Shown: positions 18,741 through 27,429 of the stretch, one piece after another
Layout of the letters: the number at the start of each line of letters is the position of its first letter
How positions within the stretch are numbered: the stretch's first letter is position 1
From: a virus
Taxonomy: Duplodnaviria; Caudoviricetes
IMG/VR virus record: IMGVR_UViG_3300011008_002712
DNA length: 64,000 nt
Direction: 5' to 3' (one strand)
Translations under genes and position numbers: made by a program
The notes under the pieces: model-generated
The model's database searches: none
What the model was told of the DNA's origin: nothing
What the model saw: only the letters and a program-made list of their open reading frames with translations

Positions 18741-19589
18741 ATGTCCATTTCTTTGGGTGAACGCATGAAAATGTATGAACATGTTTATAGTTATAATTTG
18801 CCTATTCGTACTCCGTGCATTATACGTTGCGATGGTAAAGCATTCAGAACTTTTACAAAAGGATTCAAATATCCATTTAGTATTCTTCTAAGATATTGTA
18901 TGATAGAAGCCGCGAGGCATCTTTGCAAAAATGTGCAAAACACTCAACTTGCATATGTACAAAGCGATGAAATCTCACTTTTGATTGTAGAACGTGGTGA
19001 AGATACTCAAAATTGGTTTGGTAAAAGCATCAATAAAATGGTATCAATTTCTGCATCTATTTGCACAAACGGATTTAATAAAGCATTAATGAACGCATTA
19101 AACGATAAAAAATTCGTAAATCCATTTACCAATCAAGAAGAAATTTTAAATGATGAATATGTCAACAGATTAAAAAACAAAATTTTCACTGCTGAATTTG
19201 ATAGCAGAGCTTTTTGTTTGCCAGAATTTGAAGTGAGCAATGCATTTATATTCAGGCAAAGAGATGCTATACGTAATTCTATTCAACAGGTAGCATATGG
19301 GTATTTTTCAGTAAAAGAACGCCATGGTATTAAAACAAATATGTTAGTAGAAAAATTAAAAAATGAAAAAGGCGTAAACTATTATAGTTATCCAATCTAT
19401 TTGCAGAGAGGTGTTTGCTTATATAAAGAAAATTATATGTTACCAGAATCAAATGCCATAAGAACTCGTTGGACATTAGATCAAAATATTCCCTTGTTTG
19501 AAGAAAATAGAGATTATATAAATCAATATCTTGTTTATCAAGGAGATTTACAACAGAGTAATTGGAAGGGGACAAAGAATGTTCAATAA
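18741..19589 (+). CDS. thg1: tRNA(His) guanylyltransferase Thg1-like protein
   Basis: RMKMYE, IIRCDGKAF, YVQSDEISL, FDSR, RQRDAIRNS, RG. Confidence 0.93.
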   Translation: MSISLGERMKMYEHVYSYNLPIRTPCIIRCDGKAFRTFTKGFKYPFSILLRYCMIEAARHLCKNVQNTQLAYVQSDEISLLIVERGEDTQNWFGKSINKMVSISASICTNGFNKALMNALNDKKFVNPFTNQEEILNDEYVNRLKNKIFTAEFDSRAFCLPEFEVSNAFIFRQRDAIRNSIQQVAYGYFSVKERHGIKTNMLVEKLKNEKGVNYYSYPIYLQRGVCLYKENYMLPESNAIRTRWTLDQNIPLFEENRDYINQYLVYQGDLQQSNWKGTKNVQ

Positions 19590-20364
19590 CATTAGAATTT
19601 TAGGTATGGGTTCTGCTTTTTCTCATGATTTTTCACCAACAGCATTTGCATACCGTGATAATAATACAATATATTTTATCGAAGCAAATCAATCAACTTT
19701 TGATTTTCTAAAAGATTCTCCCGATTTATCTAATGTCAATAATTATGTTTTTATGATAAGTCATTTTCATGAAGACCACATTGGATGTTTGGGAAATTGC
19801 ATTGCATGGCTAGTGTTTATGCTTAAAATTAACATTGATGATATTAAAATAATGACATTAGATGTTAAAACATGTCGTTCTTATCTTGGAATCACCATGC
19901 CGGCTTTTAAAAATATTGAAATCATTAAAAAAGGCTTTAAAGTAAATCATGCTGAGCACATGGTTTGCTGTGGTTTCGCGTTTAATAATATTGTATATAC
20001 TGGAGATTGCATTGAAACACCAGAAAAAATCATAAACAATTTCAACGATGGCAAAACCAATTTGATTACAGAATGTTCAATTTATGAAAATATGACCATT
20101 CATCAATATCTCCCCAATCTTCTTGATAAAATCAATTTTGAACATCTAGATAAACTCTTGCTTGTTCATCATGATTCTCTTGAAACATTTGTAAAATCTA
20201 TAAGCATAACGTTGGAAAAATTTTCTCAATTAGATGTTATTAACATAAACAAATTCAAACAATTTGTTTTGAATGAATTAGATATCTTACCAAAAAAGTT
20301 CGATAATGAAAGGCAACTTATTTATGATAAAACGATAGCTTTTATAGAAGGTAAAATAAAATGA
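19579..20364 (+). CDS. Metallo-beta-lactamase-fold hydrolase (RNase Z/BN-like)
   Basis: LGMGSAF, SHFHEDHIG (HxHxDH), VYTGD, LVHH. Confidence 0.8.
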   Translation: MFNNIRILGMGSAFSHDFSPTAFAYRDNNTIYFIEANQSTFDFLKDSPDLSNVNNYVFMISHFHEDHIGCLGNCIAWLVFMLKINIDDIKIMTLDVKTCRSYLGITMPAFKNIEIIKKGFKVNHAEHMVCCGFAFNNIVYTGDCIETPEKIINNFNDGKTNLITECSIYENMTIHQYLPNLLDKINFEHLDKLLLVHHDSLETFVKSISITLEKFSQLDVININKFKQFVLNELDILPKKFDNERQLIYDKTIAFIEGKIK

Positions 20365-21080
20365 AAATTTTTGTATTAAGTAAAAATAGAGTCCCAGCAA
20401 ATGTAAATTTTTGCATTGCATATCATGGATTTAAAGAGATGGGATTTGAAGTTAAATTGTTTGAAACACGAGGAGAACTTCTTGGTGCTTTCAAACAAGA
20501 TATCGTTGTTGGTTATGTTGGTACTTGTAGATTTCAAATGGAGCGATATCATGTACCAATAGAAGAAATTAATTATCCGTTTGGTTCTGAAAAATATCTT
20601 GGAAGAAAGATATGGAGAAGTTCTTTAAATAAAATAAACAGCAATCCAGATTTGTGGCCAGTCTTTATTAAACCATTGAAAGATAAAGATTTTACTGGAG
20701 TCGTAGTCAAATCTCCAAAAGATTTAATTGGGTGCGGAGACGAATTTGATAAAGAAATTTATTGCAGTGAAGTCGTTGATTTTTTAGCAGAATGGAGAGT
20801 ATTTGTACGATATGGTAAAATTTTAAATATACGCAGATACAAGGGAAGTTATAATTGCGTTCCAGATTATAATTTGATAGAACAAGCAATATCTGAAATA
20901 ACTTTGCCTAATGGTTGTGCTGTTGATTTTGGATTAACAAAAGATGGCCGTACTTTACTAATAGAAGCAAACGATGGATATGCATTAGGAAATTATGGGT
21001 TATTCTATATAGACTATGCAAAGCTCATATCGGCAAGATGGTCGCAAATTATGGGATTTAAAGATGAATGCAATTTCTAA
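20361..21080 (+). CDS. ATP-grasp domain protein (DUF4343-like)
   Basis: YLGRKIW, VFIKP, FTGVV, SEVVDFLAEWRVFV, VDFG, LIEANDGYALG. Confidence 0.85.
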   Translation: MKIFVLSKNRVPANVNFCIAYHGFKEMGFEVKLFETRGELLGAFKQDIVVGYVGTCRFQMERYHVPIEEINYPFGSEKYLGRKIWRSSLNKINSNPDLWPVFIKPLKDKDFTGVVVKSPKDLIGCGDEFDKEIYCSEVVDFLAEWRVFVRYGKILNIRRYKGSYNCVPDYNLIEQAISEITLPNGCAVDFGLTKDGRTLLIEANDGYALGNYGLFYIDYAKLISARWSQIMGFKDECNF

Positions 21081-21092
21081 GGAGACATCAAA

Positions 21093-21644
21093 ATGGTCAA
21101 TAAACATATAAAAAGAATAAATGAAATTGAGAAAGAAATTGCAAAATTAGAGCAAGAAGAAAATAGACTGAAAGAAGAATTACATAAAAATTTTGAGAAT
21201 ATTGGCTTTAAAGAAATCTTAACTCAAAATTATGATCGCTATTTCTTATCGCAATTAGAAACGAAAACTAATTTCTATCCATTTCTTTCAGATCATTCAT
21301 TTAGTTTGTATTCGCGACACAAAAATCTTTTTGATAAAAATGTCATTATTGAAGGAGTCAATGTTTTCATTTTATCAAATGATATTCATTGCAGCCATTA
21401 TGCATTATTTATTTTTTCTGTAGATAATATTACAGCTTTTCAAGGAATTCACATTATTTTAGGCAAGGCTTTCATAAAACATAACATAATTTTTTATGAA
21501 AAATTTGATTTAGATTTAGACGCCGCTAAAGAGGCGTTCATAAACAAATATTTCGCAGAAAATAAATTAAGCTACTCATTTGAATTTGAAGCTGCAAAAA
21601 TTTTAAAAGAAAAAGATAAATTGAAATTGTTGTACCATTTTTAA
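21093..21644 (+). CDS. Hypothetical protein
   Basis: 183-aa ORF with AAGGAG RBS and N-terminal coiled coil. Confidence 0.7.
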   Translation: MVNKHIKRINEIEKEIAKLEQEENRLKEELHKNFENIGFKEILTQNYDRYFLSQLETKTNFYPFLSDHSFSLYSRHKNLFDKNVIIEGVNVFILSNDIHCSHYALFIFSVDNITAFQGIHIILGKAFIKHNIIFYEKFDLDLDAAKEAFINKYFAENKLSYSFEFEAAKILKEKDKLKLLYHF

Positions 21645-21657
21645 AGGAGGATTTTAA

Positions 21658-22062
21658 ATGAATAAAGAAGAATTATTTGAAGATATCAAGGCTGTTTTTC
21701 ATAAAAATGAAACTGACTATGCTTATGGAGCTGGTTTTTCTAAACGTTGTGATATAAAATGTCCTGTTTCTGTGCATTTGAAACTTGTCAATGTTAATGG
21801 CGAATATGCTCTTTCTGTTCCATGGTGCGGTAAATATTATCAAGAAGCTGGTTGGGCTACAAGAATTCCATGGACAGATTATGAAAGTTTGATGTTTTCT
21901 AACAGTTCTGAAACTAGATTGAAAAAAGATGGTGAAGTTAACGGTGTCATGCGAGCCATTGGTCATTATTTTGATGACAAATATGATAATTCTGAATTGC
22001 AAAAATTGGTAAGACAATATTTGAATATGTGTGATAAATCGCATACAGTAAAAACTTTGTAA
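21658..22062 (+). CDS. Hypothetical protein
   Basis: 134-aa ORF with AGGAGG RBS. Confidence 0.75.
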   Translation: MNKEELFEDIKAVFHKNETDYAYGAGFSKRCDIKCPVSVHLKLVNVNGEYALSVPWCGKYYQEAGWATRIPWTDYESLMFSNSSETRLKKDGEVNGVMRAIGHYFDDKYDNSELQKLVRQYLNMCDKSHTVKTL

Positions 22063-22085
22063 AAAAAATAATTTTTTCTCAAAAC

Positions 22086-22117
22086 CTATTTACAAATTCT
22101 GAATAACATGGTATAAT
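22086..22117 (+). promoter_or_regulatory. Conserved phage promoter
   Basis: CTA-TTTACA-17 nt-TATAAT with TG extension. Confidence 0.8.
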
Positions 22118-22179
22118 TTTATTAGAGGTTAGAACAGAAGAGAAACTCTTGAAGATATATCTTGTTAGGAGGAATTAAA

Positions 22180-22596
22180 ATGTTGAAGAAAGTCAACGAC
22201 GTTAAAACCTTTATTTTTGGTGGCAAAGCGGAATTTACTATCAAGAACGAAGTTTCCAATAACAAGTATAAATACAAGGTTAGCCGGAGTAAAACGATTG
22301 AAAACGTTTTCTTCGTGAAGGTTAAGGTTGGCAATGATTGGCAGTACGCTGGCTTTCTCAACATTAAGAACAATAACGCCAATTATGGCGTCGGAAAAAA
22401 AGGCACTATGGATGCCACTCATCCTGCTATCAAAGGATTGATGTATGCCATACATAAAGGGCATGCTGCTTTGCCTGAACCTATGATCATGTTCCATCAT
22501 GGCAAATGTGCTTGCTGCGGACGCAAACTTGATGATGATGATTCAATTGACCGTGGTATTGGTCCTGTCTGCTGGAAAAAATATGTTGTGAAGTGA
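22180..22596 (+). CDS. DUF6011-like Zn-finger protein
   Basis: GGKAEFT...HHGKCACCGRKLDDDDSIDRGIGPVC; AGGAGG RBS. Confidence 0.8.
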   Translation: MLKKVNDVKTFIFGGKAEFTIKNEVSNNKYKYKVSRSKTIENVFFVKVKVGNDWQYAGFLNIKNNNANYGVGKKGTMDATHPAIKGLMYAIHKGHAALPEPMIMFHHGKCACCGRKLDDDDSIDRGIGPVCWKKYVVK

Positions 22597-22602
22597 TTAT
22601 AT

Positions 22603-22625
22603 GGGAGGGTAAAACCCTCCCTTTT
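22603..22625 (+). terminator. Intrinsic terminator
   Basis: GGGAGGGT-aaa-ACCCTCCC-TTTT. Confidence 0.8.
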
Positions 22626-22641
22626 GAAAGGAAAGATACGT

Positions 22642-23028
22642 ATGTTATTAAATTCTTCAGCTCCTCAGCATGTAAAGTTTATAAGTTATGATGGGAAATA
22701 TCATAATCTTTAAAGTGGTATGTTGCATCTTAAAATAGACAATCAAAATTATTTGTTTTGTGCAATTTCTCTTAAATACAATACTTACGTTAAGAAGAAG
22801 GTAGACGCAATTAAATTTAAATATGGTAAATGCAAGATTTACGAAAGCTTTTGGAGTACTGGTAGCAGCTGCTGTTTTCGTGGTCATTACTCTGACCAGT
22901 ATGTTACGCATGGCGAATGGAATATTGATGTCGAATATCTTCCAGATGAAATTAAGCAGTATGCTCATGAAATTAATGAAATTTTCAATGAAAATGTCGA
23001 TTACAGATGCTGCGGTGGATGCATATAA
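22642..23028 (+). pseudogene. Conserved phage protein (CCGGC C-terminus) interrupted by an in-frame TAA at 22711
   Basis: RBS AAGGA and ATG at 22642 (MLLNSSAPQHVKFISYDGKYHNL*SGMLHL) are in frame with ORF 22720-23028. Confidence 0.6.
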
Positions 23029-23038
23029 AGAAATCACT

Positions 23039-23066
23039 AAGAGCTCTAATTTTGGAGCTCTTTTTT
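23039..23066 (+). terminator. Intrinsic terminator
   Basis: AAGAGCTCT...GGAGCTCTT followed by T tract. Confidence 0.7.
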
Positions 23067-23085
23067 ATTGCTAAAATAAAATGAG

Positions 23086-23361
23086 GTGATTAAGATGTTT
23101 GATTTTCTAAAAAAATTGTTTTCAAACAATACACACAATGTGAAACAAACTCAAATTGCTGGAAACAATTCAACACAAATTCAAATTGGTGGCAGTGACA
23201 ATTATCAGAGACAAGATTTCAACAACTGTCATATTGAAACTATTTCAAAAAATAATCAAGTTTATATAGATTATAATGGTAATCATGTGGTTGTACCAGG
23301 AAATGAAGTTACCATTATAGAAGGTATGATTTTTGTAGATGGTGAAAGAGTAAATATGTGA
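23086..23361 (+). CDS. Hypothetical protein
   Basis: 91-aa ORF; QTQIAG/TQIQIGG repeats. Confidence 0.7.
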   Translation: MIKMFDFLKKLFSNNTHNVKQTQIAGNNSTQIQIGGSDNYQRQDFNNCHIETISKNNQVYIDYNGNHVVVPGNEVTIIEGMIFVDGERVNM

Positions 23362-23632
23362 AAGAAATTTATGGAATTTTTTATTTTGAAAACTATGATG
23401 AAAATACGTTATATACTTATACTACTAAAGAATTAGCCGAAAGAGAATTGCAAGTCTTAAAGGCTAAAAATGATTATATCGGTTATAAAGGAAAAATAGA
23501 AAAATTTCTTTATATGAAAACGAGACAGAGTTTACTAAAATTCCAGAAATATTTATTATTCATGTTAATGTTAAAATGAAAAATAACAGCTTGGAAATAG
23601 AATTGTTTGATTATCGCATATTGTGCAACTAG
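23358..23632 (+). pseudogene. Hypothetical protein, probably frameshifted near 23510
   Basis: ORF 23358-23579 turns atypical after KGKIEKF, while another frame reads YENETEFTKIPEIFIIHVNVKMKNNSLEIELFDYRILCN*. Confidence 0.4.
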
Positions 23633-23753
23633 GGATAGATATAGATTATAAAACTGGAGATAGTAAGGAAATCAATTAAACAATTTCTTGAAAAGATTAC
23701 ATTTTTGTAGTCTTTTTTGTTTTGAAAAAATAACGTAAAAATTTTTGTTTTAT

Positions 23754-23785
23754 CTATTTACATTTGCAAAACAATGTGATATAAT
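23754..23785 (+). promoter_or_regulatory. Conserved phage promoter
   Basis: CTA-TTTACA-17 nt-TATAAT with TG extension. Confidence 0.8.
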
Positions 23786-23817
23786 AAATACAGAGGTAAG
23801 GAAAGGAGAAGAAAAAA

Positions 23818-25248
23818 ATGATTAAGATTGAGTTTGGAAATGTAAATGCTCGCATCAACGGATTGGAAGCATATCCGCAGATTCAGGCTCAGCTTCTCAA
23901 AACCTTATCTTATACGACAGGCGGTTTTGGTGAACCAATTAAAAATCACACTCTTTTTTCAATAAAAAAGAATACCACTTATACTGGATTGATTCCATAT
24001 GTTATTAAGGCATTGAAAAAAGCCAAGATTCAGTATGAAATGATAGACCGCAGAGTGGTTCCTCAATCTGGAGACTACTACGAATTGGCAGAAGGAATCA
24101 AACTTAGAGATTATCAGGCAAAAGCAATCGCAAATGTTAGCAATCGCACTGTTATAGGTGCAGCAACTGGCGCTGGAAAAACAGTTATCATGGCTGGATT
24201 GATAGTACATGCCAATGTTAAGAAAGCAGTTATCGTGAGCCCAGAATTGGCTCTTGCATATCAGACGAGAGACGAAATAGAGAAATTTATTGGAGTTCAC
24301 GTTGGAATTCTTACTGGACAAGATTACGATATTGCAGATGTTATGATTGTAACTCCAGAAGCTGCATTAAAAGAAAAAACAGTGCTTGAAAATGCAGAAG
24401 TTATTCTTTATGATGAATGCCAATTCCTTGGAGCAACGACTATTTTCAATACTGCTAGAATTGCAAAAAAAGCATATTATCGTTATGCACTGTCGGCAAC
24501 GCCGTGGAGAGATGGAAGCGACACAATTAAAATTCATGCAGCTGTAAATGTACCCAATCCAAAAGCTTATATCACTGCCTCTGAACTCATTAAGGCTGGC
24601 AAATTGACTCCTGTTGAATTCTATTTTGTAGAGCAGAAAGATGCATGTGGATGGGCTGGTAGCTATAATAAAACCTATCTTGGTCAGATTGTCAACAATG
24701 AATCTCGCAATGAAAAGATTTTGAAGGCTATTGAAATATCCAATAAGAATAATTGGGGATCAATTTTAATCTTGCTGAGCCGCATTGAACATGGTAATAA
24801 GCTTCTCCAGAAAATCCGCACCAAATTCAATACCAAAACTTTTAAATACGAATATAATGGAGAAATTTTTACTATCAACGAAGCTGAATATGTTCATGGT
24901 GGTGTTGAATTAAATCGCAGAAATGCTATTCTTCAAGCTGCTAGAGAACTAAAAGTAAAATATGTCATTGGGTCAAGTGTGTTTGATGCTGGTATTTCAG
25001 TATCTCCATTGAATGTATTGATTAACGCTGGTTCAGGAAAAAGTTCAACGAGAGCTTTTCAGAGAGTTGGACGAGTTCTAAGATTGTTTGAAGGAAAAGA
25101 AAAAGCTCGAGTGTTCGATTTCGTAGATAAGAATTTCACTTTTTACAAACATTCTCTGACTCGTAAAATGTTGTACTCCACAGAACCAGAATTTAAAAAG
25201 AACATGTATTTGTTGGATGAGAATTTCAATATGATAAAGAAAATGTAA
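23818..25248 (+). CDS. Superfamily 2 DNA helicase (UvsW/XPB-like)
   Basis: LRDYQ, AATGAGKT, DECQ, SATPWR, QRVGRVLR. Confidence 0.92.
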   Translation: MIKIEFGNVNARINGLEAYPQIQAQLLKTLSYTTGGFGEPIKNHTLFSIKKNTTYTGLIPYVIKALKKAKIQYEMIDRRVVPQSGDYYELAEGIKLRDYQAKAIANVSNRTVIGAATGAGKTVIMAGLIVHANVKKAVIVSPELALAYQTRDEIEKFIGVHVGILTGQDYDIADVMIVTPEAALKEKTVLENAEVILYDECQFLGATTIFNTARIAKKAYYRYALSATPWRDGSDTIKIHAAVNVPNPKAYITASELIKAGKLTPVEFYFVEQKDACGWAGSYNKTYLGQIVNNESRNEKILKAIEISNKNNWGSILILLSRIEHGNKLLQKIRTKFNTKTFKYEYNGEIFTINEAEYVHGGVELNRRNAILQAARELKVKYVIGSSVFDAGISVSPLNVLINAGSGKSSTRAFQRVGRVLRLFEGKEKARVFDFVDKNFTFYKHSLTRKMLYSTEPEFKKNMYLLDENFNMIKKM

Positions 25249-25253
25249 TTGCT

Positions 25254-25282
25254 AAAGAGAGGATTGAATTCCTCTCTTTTTT
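25254..25282. terminator. Bidirectional terminator
   Basis: AAAGAGAGGA/TCCTCTCTTT followed by T tract, between convergent genes. Confidence 0.8.
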
Positions 25283-25301
25283 ATATCATAAAAAAGGAGA
25301 C

Positions 25302-25550
25302 TTAGATGTCTCCATTTTGTATGTTCTTTAAAAATTCTCCCAAATGTGTATTGCTTTCCATTTCAACGAGCTCATTGTGCATTTGTTCGTATAATTCATT
25401 CAAATCTTTCATCGCATCAAATTCATACTTTTCACTATATTTTTTTAATGCTTCTTGCATATCTTTATCGTTAATGATTGTCTTTAAATCATTAACTTCT
25501 TCAGCTTTTCTTCGCCTTGCATTATTTACAATTTTTTCAAAATCTACCAT
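25302..25550 (-). CDS. Hypothetical protein
   Basis: AAGGAG RBS; MVDFEKIVNNARRRKAEE. Confidence 0.65.
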   Translation of the reverse strand: MVDFEKIVNNARRRKAEEVNDLKTIINDKDMQEALKKYSEKYEFDAMKDLNELYEQMHNELVEMESNTHLGEFLKNIQNGDI

Positions 25551-25597
25551 CAATTTCACTCCTTTGAAAAAATGCCTCAAAATAATGAGGCTATTTT

Positions 25598-26110
25598 TCA
25601 TACATATTTCTTAAAGAAATTAATGTAAGTAGAGATTTTATCATCAAATTCTTTTAATGAATTAATAAGAGCTTGCGAATCTTCAGAACTACCCGATTTA
25701 AGTTCTTCTCTTAAAACAAAACCGTTAGTTTGCGCATTTTCTAGACTTTGAATAAAATTATTTAATTGTGAGTTACCAGCCATCTTTTTAAGTCGTTTCA
25801 TACTCTTACCCTCTTTGTCTGTTTCTTTATCTAAATTAATATAATCAGACCAGTCTTGTTCAATTTCTCGCATTTTTTCTTTCATCCATCTTTTTGCTTC
25901 TTGAGCTGTTCCGTCAAAAAGAATTTCTCCAGTATTGTAATTTTCAATAGTATAACGATTTTCGTCTCTTTCTTTTTTTAATTTTGCTTGTTCTAAGATA
26001 TGATTAACGTTACATGCACTATAGATCAAGTCGCCAAGTTTATCGAACATATTAAATACTGAATTATTGATTCTATTACTAACATCTTCTGAAGTTTTTG
26101 TCAATCTCAC
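25598..26110 (-). CDS. Hypothetical protein with two RLxKxA/S motifs and an internal in-frame start
   Basis: GAGGT RBS and GTG start; MRLTKTS...MKRLKKMA. Internal GAGGG RBS before ATG at 25801. Confidence 0.7.
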   Translation of the reverse strand: MRLTKTSEDVSNRINNSVFNMFDKLGDLIYSACNVNHILEQAKLKKERDENRYTIENYNTGEILFDGTAQEAKRWMKEKMREIEQDWSDYINLDKETDKEGKSMKRLKKMAGNSQLNNFIQSLENAQTNGFVLREELKSGSSEDSQALINSLKEFDDKISTYINFFKKYV

Positions 26111-26175
26111 TATTTGAACACCTCTTCATTATTAATTTTGACATATCATCTAAAACAAAAATACTTGTAACGGTT

Positions 26176-27114
26176 TTACTTATCAATTTCCAACTTCCAT
26201 TTTGGAGGATAGAAAAATTCAATTGATTTTGTATTCTGTTTAAATTTATTTTTTATTCTTTTTCCAGACTTAGCTTTTATTTCTGGACAAGCTACTCGCG
26301 CATACTTATCTATTTCGCAAAATAAGTTTTGACAATCTATTAATTGAAGTCTCCTACCAAAAAGATTTTTAAATTCTAATCCTCTTTTTTCGAATTCTTT
26401 TTCTTGATTATTTGCGCAGTATTCTATGATTTCAATTTCTTTTTGTTTTGATACATTACCAAAACATTTTTGAATACCTCTTCTTGCTCCAGGACCAACA
26501 ACTACAAATGACATCTCATCAAAATCAACGATGTCGCTATAATTAATATCTATAGAATATTGGAAAGCAAGAAATGGGCCTAGCGTCGGATAATTGACTA
26601 ATTCTTCATATAATCCACTTAGAGAATTGATTTTTTCTATTTTAATAGGTAAACCTTTCATAATCAATTTAATTAATTCTAAGTGATTCTCGTGCTTTTT
26701 AGAATGGTTGAAATATAAAGCTGATGGCATGATATATGCGGAAGAATATATACTAGTTGTTTTTATTCTTTCATTTAAAATAGTTGCATATTTATTGATA
26801 TCGAATTTTTTATATGAAATTTCCCCAAATTCTTGATTCAAAAATTCCCATGTTTCTATTTTGTTAAAAATTTTAAACAACAAGATCCTAAACAATGTAT
26901 CTTCTACATCAAAATCATCTTTATAAATTACATTTTTAATTAAATACTGACTAACCCTATCAGACGCCCTATAAGCATTTGTGAATTTATAATTCAATAA
27001 TATATTATCATCTGTAAAGGGAGGTTGCTCATGATAAAATCTTTTAAAAAATATATCTTGTCGTTTTTTTGCAAACTCCCAATACAGATCAAAAACTTTG
27101 CTGTAATTATTCAT
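26176..27114 (-). CDS. aGPT-Pplase1 / amino acid:DNA transferase-like protein (base-hypermodification family)
   Basis: RQDIFFKR, TDDNIL, YKFTNAYRASDRVSQYLI, LFKIFNKIETW, GPFLAFQ, VVVGPGARRG, DCQNLFCEIDKY. Confidence 0.85.
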   Translation of the reverse strand: MNNYSKVFDLYWEFAKKRQDIFFKRFYHEQPPFTDDNILLNYKFTNAYRASDRVSQYLIKNVIYKDDFDVEDTLFRILLFKIFNKIETWEFLNQEFGEISYKKFDINKYATILNERIKTTSIYSSAYIMPSALYFNHSKKHENHLELIKLIMKGLPIKIEKINSLSGLYEELVNYPTLGPFLAFQYSIDINYSDIVDFDEMSFVVVGPGARRGIQKCFGNVSKQKEIEIIEYCANNQEKEFEKRGLEFKNLFGRRLQLIDCQNLFCEIDKYARVACPEIKAKSGKRIKNKFKQNTKSIEFFYPPKWKLEIDK

Positions 27115-27397
27115 GTTCTTTTAAATTATCATCTATAATTTGCCTATGTTGTATAACAAGTCCTGTATCTTCTTGATATACAAGCTCTTTTTCTTCATTT
27201 GTTACCATTGTAATCAACGGGCCAAACAACGAACAAAAACTTTCCAAAAAGTCTGATGCATCATTTTTTGTTTCTGAAACAATTAATTTTTGAGCAATTT
27301 GTTCGCCATCATTATCTTCAATATCGTCAACTTGTATAGTAAACGATTTATTTAACTGATTTAGAACATTTTTTAATTTATCTTCTAACTCATTCAT
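27107..27397 (-). CDS. Hypothetical protein
   Basis: 96-aa ORF with AAGGAG RBS. Confidence 0.65.
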   Translation of the reverse strand: MNELEDKLKNVLNQLNKSFTIQVDDIEDNDGEQIAQKLIVSETKNDASDFLESFCSLFGPLITMVTNEEKELVYQEDTGLVIQHRQIIDDNLKEHE

Positions 27398-27429
27398 ACA
27401 TCTATTCTCCTTTATTGATCAAATAGCTC

